A stretch of DNA of 56,218 nt from Clostridia bacterium (GTDB taxonomy: Bacteria > Bacillota > Clostridia > Oscillospirales > CAG-272): NCBI GenBank assembly GCA_017547545.1, contig JAFYPJ010000038.1, forward strand, positions 1-56,218, read 5' to 3'. Positions 50,645-56,218 of the stretch are shown here, in pieces. The translations under genes and the position numbers were made by a program. The first letter of the stretch is position 1. The number at the start of each line of letters is the position of its first letter. A model generated the notes under the pieces. The model had not been told where the DNA came from. It ran no database searches and was given only the letters and a program-made list of their open reading frames with translations.

Positions 50645-51169
50645 ATGCAAGCAGCTTTGCAAAAGAAAACCGAAGTTAAAGTTTATATTTTATATGTTTT
50701 AAAAAACATTGCCTTTCCCGTTGATTACAATACTTTTCATGACACGGTAACTGCGGATGAACCGGTTACCGCCTTTGCCTTTACCGAATGCTTTTCAGAG
50801 CTTTTGGATACGGAAAATATTGAAATTGTTGAAACGGATGACGGCAAGGATGAATTCATGATTACCCAAAAAGGAATCAATGTTTGTGACAGTCTTTTGT
50901 ACCTCCTTATACCCAGCGTTCAAAAAACAGCATTGCATGCCGCTTCCCGTTTGATGTCTTTTGAAAAAAGCGGAATGAATGTTTCGGTAAACATAACACA
51001 AAAGAATGAAGATTTTCTTCTTTGCTTTTCGGTAAATGAGAAGGATAAACCCATTCTTTATATGGAAACAAACTTAAAAAATGAAGAACAGGCCAAGGAT
51101 ATTGCCCAAAATATTAAAACAAATCCGGAATTTATCTATAAAAAAATTCTTTTGGCATTAGAAAGTTAG
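50645..51169 (+). CDS. Hypothetical protein, possibly DUF4364/PadR-like winged helix
   Basis: The N-terminus (VKVYILYVLKNIAFPVDYNTFHDTV...) resembles my recollection of DUF4364 proteins of Clostridia. The family call is not verified. Confidence 0.4.
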   Translation: MQAALQKKTEVKVYILYVLKNIAFPVDYNTFHDTVTADEPVTAFAFTECFSELLDTENIEIVETDDGKDEFMITQKGINVCDSLLYLLIPSVQKTALHAASRLMSFEKSGMNVSVNITQKNEDFLLCFSVNEKDKPILYMETNLKNEEQAKDIAQNIKTNPEFIYKKILLALES

Positions 51170-51293
51170 TGAACATTTTAACCATTACCCATAAAATGTA
51201 ATTTTAATAGGTTATTACCAACAAACTTTCTTACAGTATATTGTTTAGTTTGTACATATATGTTCATTTATATTGCTAATCTCAGAAAAACTC

Positions 51294-51322
51294 TTGACAC
51301 AATTCGTTAACAATGTTATAAT
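51294..51322 (+). promoter_or_regulatory. Consensus sigma-A promoter upstream of the sigma-factor gene
   Basis: TTGACA (51294-51299), 17 nt, TATAAT (51317-51322). Confidence 0.65.
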
Positions 51323-51339
51323 ATTAGTACATCTAATTA

Positions 51340-51921
51340 TTGAGTGTGTATATATTGAATAATAATAATGTTGAAAATATTCTTGCCCTTATAGAAAAAA
51401 TCCGTCAGGGCGAGCAAAAAGAATTTGATATTTTATTCAGAACATACAAGCCGCTTATTACTGCAAAGGTAAATGAGTTTTCTCAAAGCCTTGAAGCAGA
51501 TGAAGTTGAGCAAATATCTGCAATTGCTTTATATGACGCGGCGATGTCATATAATCCCGATAAGGTAGACAATAAAGTGACCTTTGGTTTGTATGCAGAT
51601 ATATGTATAAGAAACCGTCTCATTTCGGAGCTTCGCCGTAACAGGACAAATGAAGTGCTTCGTTGTGAGATCATGCCGCTTGAAGAGGGGGCGCTTAACT
51701 CCCCCGAAGAAGATTTTCTCCGTAAGGAAGAAACAATGCTCCTTTTAAAGCGTGCAAGGGAACTTCTTACTCCTTATGAAAACAGTGTATTCTGTCATTA
51801 TCTTAACGGAAAAAGCTATGATGAGATAGCTCAAACTTTAGGAAAGAACAAAAAATCCGTAGATAATGCTTTAAGAAGGATAAGGGATAAGATAAGAGAA
51901 CATGATAATACACCCGAGTAG
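51340..51921 (+). CDS. Sigma-70-family RNA polymerase sigma factor (regions 2 and 4 only)
   Basis: Region 2-like FDILFRTYKPLI...YDAAMSYNP...FGLYADICIRNRLISELRR. Region 4 is LTPYENSVFCHYLNGKSYDEIAQTLGKNKKSVDNALRRIRDKI. The start codon (TTG 51340, GTG 51346 or TTG 51355) is uncertain. Confidence 0.8.
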   Translation: MSVYILNNNNVENILALIEKIRQGEQKEFDILFRTYKPLITAKVNEFSQSLEADEVEQISAIALYDAAMSYNPDKVDNKVTFGLYADICIRNRLISELRRNRTNEVLRCEIMPLEEGALNSPEEDFLRKEETMLLLKRARELLTPYENSVFCHYLNGKSYDEIAQTLGKNKKSVDNALRRIRDKIREHDNTPE

Positions 51922-51999
51922 CTTAAAAAGAGCGCGTTTTACGAGGTAACGGTGTAAATCCGTTCCCGGGTTAAATATTTTTTCAAGTGAGGTATCACC

Positions 52000-52275
52000 A
52001 TGTACGAAGACAAGACCTTAGTTTGCAAGGAATGCGGTAATGAATTTGTATTCACTGCAGGCGAACAGGAATTCTATGCAGAAAGAGGCTTCCAGAACGA
52101 GCCCCAGAGATGCAAGACTTGCCGTGATGCAAGAAAGGCAGCTGCTAAAACTGCAAGAGAAATGTTCACTACTGTTTGTGCAAACTGTGGTAAAGAGGCT
52201 ACTGTACCCTTCCAGCCCAGTAACGACCGTCCTGTATATTGCAGCGAATGTTACGCCGCTATGAAGCAGCAGTAA
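52000..52275 (+). CDS. Double CxxC zinc-ribbon protein (zf-trcl-like)
   Basis: CKECGNEFVFTAGEQEFYAERGF...RCKTCR and CANCGKEATVPFQPSNDRPVYCSECY. Confidence 0.8.
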   Translation: MYEDKTLVCKECGNEFVFTAGEQEFYAERGFQNEPQRCKTCRDARKAAAKTAREMFTTVCANCGKEATVPFQPSNDRPVYCSECYAAMKQQ

Positions 52276-52346
52276 TCTCCGGGTATTTCATAATTATATT
52301 TTTTAATTCTATTTCTGATATAAATTATTAAGTATAACTATGCTTA

Positions 52347-52380
52347 AAAGCAAGCGAACTCCGGTTCGCTTGCTTTTATT
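52347..52380 (+). terminator. Rho-independent terminator
   Basis: aaaagcaagcgaac-tccg-gttcgcttgctttt followed by attt. Confidence 0.8.
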
Positions 52381-52486
52381 TGTACTGATAATGATTCAAT
52401 TCACACAATCATCACTTTTTCAATTTTTTACCGTCATATTTACAGTATAAAATATGTAATAAAAATATATAGGAAAGGAAAAAAGA

Positions 52487-54178
52487 ATGTATATTTTAAA
52501 AAACTCATTTAAATCTATAGGTCGTTCAAAAGGAAGAAATGTGCTGATAGGAATTATTGTACTTGCTATATCCGTTTCGGCATGTATAGGCCTTTCCATA
52601 CGGCAAGCAGCGCAAAACGCCAAGGAAAGTGCCCTTGAAGGAATGAGTATTACTGCAACTATCTCCTATGACAGACAATCTGCCATGAAGGATTTTCAGC
52701 CTTCTATGGGAGAGGGTGGTAAAAGACCTGAAATGCCTGAAGGCGGCTTTGACCGTTCTGAATTTTCAAAAATGATGGGCAATGACAATTCCTTAAGCTT
52801 GGAGGAATATGAAAAATATGCAGAAGCTGATTCGGTAGGGGCTTTTTATTACACTACCACACTTTCCCTTAATGGATCTGATAATTTCCTTCCCGTTTCG
52901 GATGAAACAGAAGATGAAACCGAAGAGGATTCCGTAGAATCCGAAGAAAATTCCCAGGACTTTGGTTTTGAAATGGGTGGCTTTGGCGGTAAAATGCCGG
53001 GCCCTATGGGAAATATGATGTTTGGCTCAATGAGTGATTTTTCTGTTGTTGGTTACAGTACTCATGCTGCCATGAGCAACTTTTCGGCAGAAGGAAATTC
53101 CACTATTACAGAAGGTGTCATGTTCACCGATGAAACCGAAGATTTTGAATGTGTTATTTCAGAAGAGCTTGCAATTTATAATGATATCAATGTTGGAGAC
53201 ACCGTAATCTTTACCAATCCCAACAATGAAGAAGAAAGTTATGAATTTACAGTTACAGGAATCTATACAAGTACAGAAGGTAATACAACCGATTTTTCCG
53301 CAATGATGGGAGCCACATCCCTTGATCCGGCAAACAGCATTTACACAAGCAGTAATGCCCTTGCGGTAATAATTGCAAACTCTGAGGAAAACTCCTCCAC
53401 CATGACAGATGAGGATACAGGAAGAGAATACGAAACGGCATTGACCTCCACTCTTTCGGCAACCTATGTCTTCAAGGATGTGGAATCCTATGAAAAATTT
53501 GAAGATGAGGCAAGAGAGCTTGGGTTAAGTGAAGAATATACCATTTCCTCCTCCGATGTTGCAGCATACGAAAACAGCATCACTCCCCTTACAACCCTTA
53601 GTAAAATAGCAGGATATTTCCTTCTGGTTATCCTTGGTATAGGAGCAATTGTACTCGTTGTACTCAATATTTTCAATGTAAGAGAACGAAAATACGAAAT
53701 AGGTGTACTTACCGCTATGGGTATGAAAAAGGGCAAGGTTGCAACTCAATTCCTTTGTGAAATATTTGCAGTTACCCTGTCTGCAGTTCTTATAGGTGCA
53801 ATTATAGGCGGTGTATGCGCCGTTCCCGTAACAAATGCATTGCTTGATTCCCAGCTTGCACAAACAAAGGCAAACGAAGAGCAGGTTCAGGAAAACTTTG
53901 GCGGTATGCCCAACATGGGTAATATGCCCGGTATGCCGGGCGGTATGGGCGGCATGGGCGGCATGGGCGGCATGAGCAAGCCTGATAATATTGATATTCC
54001 CGAAGGCTTTATGGGAGAAGCTCAGAACTACATAACCGAAATCGATTCCGCAATGAATCTCACGGTAGTAATTCAAATGCTGGGAATAGCGGTTCTTCTC
54101 ACATTATCGGCAGGTGCCGTATCAATGCTTTTTGTTATGAGATACGATCCCTTAAAGATCCTTGCAAACAGAGACTAA
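52487..54178 (+). CDS. MacB/FtsX-type ABC transporter permease with Met/Gly-rich inserts
   Basis: TM1, a ~340-aa extracytoplasmic domain, then the FtsX TM2-4 block (RERKYEIGVLTAMGMKKG). Confidence 0.85.
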   Translation: MYILKNSFKSIGRSKGRNVLIGIIVLAISVSACIGLSIRQAAQNAKESALEGMSITATISYDRQSAMKDFQPSMGEGGKRPEMPEGGFDRSEFSKMMGNDNSLSLEEYEKYAEADSVGAFYYTTTLSLNGSDNFLPVSDETEDETEEDSVESEENSQDFGFEMGGFGGKMPGPMGNMMFGSMSDFSVVGYSTHAAMSNFSAEGNSTITEGVMFTDETEDFECVISEELAIYNDINVGDTVIFTNPNNEEESYEFTVTGIYTSTEGNTTDFSAMMGATSLDPANSIYTSSNALAVIIANSEENSSTMTDEDTGREYETALTSTLSATYVFKDVESYEKFEDEARELGLSEEYTISSSDVAAYENSITPLTTLSKIAGYFLLVILGIGAIVLVVLNIFNVRERKYEIGVLTAMGMKKGKVATQFLCEIFAVTLSAVLIGAIIGGVCAVPVTNALLDSQLAQTKANEEQVQENFGGMPNMGNMPGMPGGMGGMGGMGGMSKPDNIDIPEGFMGEAQNYITEIDSAMNLTVVIQMLGIAVLLTLSAGAVSMLFVMRYDPLKILANRD

Positions 54179-54190
54179 GGAGGTGTAAGA

Positions 54191-54838
54191 ATGAGTATTT
54201 TAACATTAGAAAACATAAACTTTTCATATGGAAAAACAAAAGTTTTAAAGGATATTTCCTATGAATTTGAAAACGGTAAAATGTACTGTATAGTTGGAAA
54301 AAGCGGTGCAGGTAAAACTACTCTTCTCTCCCTGCTCTCCGGACTTGCAAAACCCCATTCCGGAAAGATCCTTTACAAAGGCGAGGATATTAAAAATACG
54401 GATAAGTATAAATACAGAAGCAAGTATATCGGTGTTATATTCCAGAGCTTTAATCTTATAACAAAATATACCGCCCTTGAAAATGTAATGCTTTCCATGG
54501 ATATAGCCGGTGTAAAGGGAATAAATAAAAAGAAAAAGGCTATGGAGCTTCTTTTATCGGTAGGTCTTGATGAAGATGAAGCAAACCGCCGCGTATTAAA
54601 GCTTTCGGGCGGTCAGATGCAAAGAGTTGCCATTGCCCGCGCCCTTTCCTACGATCCTGAAATAATTCTGGCAGATGAACCTACGGGTAATCTTGACACC
54701 GAAACCCAGAACGAAATAATGGAGATCTTTAACAGCCTTGCAGAACAGGGCAAGTGCGTAATTCTCGTAAGCCATTCTCCCGATGTTGCTAAAATGTGCG
54801 ACGAATGTTACGAACTTAAACGCAATTCAAAAAAATAA
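54191..54838 (+). CDS. ABC transporter ATP-binding protein (MacB/LolD-type)
   Basis: Walker A GKSGAGKTTL, signature LSGGQMQRVAIARAL, Walker B ILADEPTGNLD. Confidence 0.9.
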   Translation: MSILTLENINFSYGKTKVLKDISYEFENGKMYCIVGKSGAGKTTLLSLLSGLAKPHSGKILYKGEDIKNTDKYKYRSKYIGVIFQSFNLITKYTALENVMLSMDIAGVKGINKKKKAMELLLSVGLDEDEANRRVLKLSGGQMQRVAIARALSYDPEIILADEPTGNLDTETQNEIMEIFNSLAEQGKCVILVSHSPDVAKMCDECYELKRNSKK

Positions 54839-54897
54839 CTTGAAAAAATGCCTGGGATATGCTATTATTGATTTAATACATATGGGGGCATTTTTTT

Positions 54898-56037
54898 ATG
54901 AAAAAATTAAACAAGATATTGCTTAAAGAAAATATTGAAAAAAGAATAAATGAAAGAATTTCTTCGGGAATGGTTGGCGGCTGCTGTGTTGCAGTAATGC
55001 AGAACTCGGAGCTTTTATACAAGAACTGTTTCTCGTCTGAAAATTTTGAAATAAATGAAAAAACCACCTTCCGTTTAGCATCAATGACCAAACCGATAAC
55101 AGCGGCGGCGATCCTTATCTGCACAGACAGAGGACTCCTTAACCTTGAAGACAAGGTTTCAAAGTTTGTTCCGGGTTTTGCAAAAATGAAAATAGGCAAA
55201 ATGAATAACGGTGAGCTTGAAATAGTTGGTGATGCCGAAAAGGAAATAACCGTTTTACATCTCCTTACCCACACAAGCGGTCTTGGAAGCGGTGATGTTG
55301 GAAACTATGCACTTTCAAAAATGACAAGAGAAAAGGAGCAAAGCTGTTTAAAAGAGGCGGTTGAGCATTACGCTGTTTCAGCCCTTGATTTTGAACCCTT
55401 TTCCGCGCAGTTCTACAGCGCAATTTTCGGCTTTGATGTACTTGCAAGAATAGTTGAAATAGTAAGCGGAAAAGCGTATAACGATTTTGTACGCGAAAAT
55501 ATTTTTGAACCCCTTGGCATGGAGGATACCACCTTTACCCCTGCAAGCGAACAGAGAGAACGCATTGTTCCTATGCACGATTATGTTGACGGCAAGGCAG
55601 TTACGGTAGATTTTCCGGATGGTGGAATGTTTGAAGGTCTTCCCCTTGCATATTTTATGGGCGGCGCAGGGCTTGCCTCCACAATGGATGATTATCTCAA
55701 ATTTGCGCAAATGCTTCTTAACAAGGGCAGCTTTAACGGCAAACGCATAATTTCAGAGGAAATGGTAAATGCCATGGCAACTCCTCATGTTCCCCATGAA
55801 ATAATGCCCTACAGCGAAAGATGGGGACTTGGTGTAAGAGTTATAGTTAATGACGAATACAAACGATTGCCTGTTGGAGCTTACGGCTGGAGCGGAGCTT
55901 ACGGTACTCATTTCTGGATAGATCCCGAAAATAAGATTACTGCAATATACATGAAAAATTCAAGATTTGACGGTGGCTCAGGTGCCGAAACAGCCGCTCA
56001 TTTTGAAGAAGATGTTACCAATAGCTTTGAAGAATAA
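54898..56037 (+). CDS. Beta-lactamase-family serine hydrolase (class C/PBP4*-like)
   Basis: SxxK motif in RLASMTKPITAAA. LLTHTSGL. No signal peptide is obvious. Confidence 0.8.
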   Translation: MKKLNKILLKENIEKRINERISSGMVGGCCVAVMQNSELLYKNCFSSENFEINEKTTFRLASMTKPITAAAILICTDRGLLNLEDKVSKFVPGFAKMKIGKMNNGELEIVGDAEKEITVLHLLTHTSGLGSGDVGNYALSKMTREKEQSCLKEAVEHYAVSALDFEPFSAQFYSAIFGFDVLARIVEIVSGKAYNDFVRENIFEPLGMEDTTFTPASEQRERIVPMHDYVDGKAVTVDFPDGGMFEGLPLAYFMGGAGLASTMDDYLKFAQMLLNKGSFNGKRIISEEMVNAMATPHVPHEIMPYSERWGLGVRVIVNDEYKRLPVGAYGWSGAYGTHFWIDPENKITAIYMKNSRFDGGSGAETAAHFEEDVTNSFEE

Positions 56038-56047
56038 GAGGTATATA

Positions 56048-56218
56048 ATGAAAAAACACATTTTAGCACTTATTGTAATCAGCATTTTGCTAATATGTGC
56101 ATTATCTGTGAGCGTAAGCGCAAAATGGTGGGACGAAAATCCCTTTGATGATGTAAAGAGTGATGCATGGTATTACGATGCGGTTCGTATTTGTAATGAA
56201 AACGAGCTTTTCAACGGA
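56048..56218 (+). CDS. N-terminal fragment of a secreted SLH-domain protein (runs off the window)
   Basis: RBS aagagg, signal peptide MKKHILALIVISILLICALSVSVSA, then SLH start FDDVKSDAWYYDAVRICNE. Confidence 0.7.
   Translation, partial: MKKHILALIVISILLICALSVSVSAKWWDENPFDDVKSDAWYYDAVRICNENELFNG

Noticed and set aside
53525-54076. 183-aa antisense ORF with a HAAHAAHAAH repeat
   Set aside because: It is the reverse-frame reading of the GGCATG repeat that encodes the GGM tract of the FtsX permease.
54839-54897. Possible terminator aaaaaatgcc...ggcattttttt after the ABC ATPase
   Set aside because: The stem is only ~6 bp of G/C-containing pairs around a ~33-nt loop. That is too weak to call.

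Overview
This 56.2-kb chromosomal window comes from a spore-forming, SLH/S-layer-bearing Firmicute (class Clostridia). That assignment rests on spoIIP, gpr, an alpha/beta-type SASP, four SLH-domain surface proteins and low GC content. Most of the window is housekeeping. It holds the rpmH-rnpA-yidD-yidC-jag block, secG-rnr, trkAH, yfbR-rsuA-tex, fba, a LacZ-type GH2, a polar amino-acid ABC system and a MacB-type ABC pair. The outstanding feature is a ~13-kb, seven-gene, single-strand cluster at 14390-27310. It appears to be driven by one consensus promoter with a ~250-nt leader. It encodes a 1147-aa solute-binding protein with two CBM-like modules and two separate MalF/MalG-type permease pairs. 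It also encodes a secreted NHL-propeller/TPR/Yip1 membrane fusion and an 1103-aa secreted protein of unknown function (DUF5696-like from memory). It has no ATPase and no regulator. I know of no functional description for this gene set. Other points worth a second look:
- a translationally coupled pair of a degenerate response regulator and a metal-site-deficient dihydroorotase-like protein;
- an AT-rich XRE/SLOG two-gene insert bracketed by near-identical hairpins, whose SLOG gene is broken at an A8 run;
- a MacB-type permease with GroEL-tail-like Met/Gly repeats;
- a mosaic SLH protein carrying a C-type-lectin-like domain and Cys/His repeats;
- tandem ThuA paralogs.
All family calls come from motif reading by eye; no searches were run.
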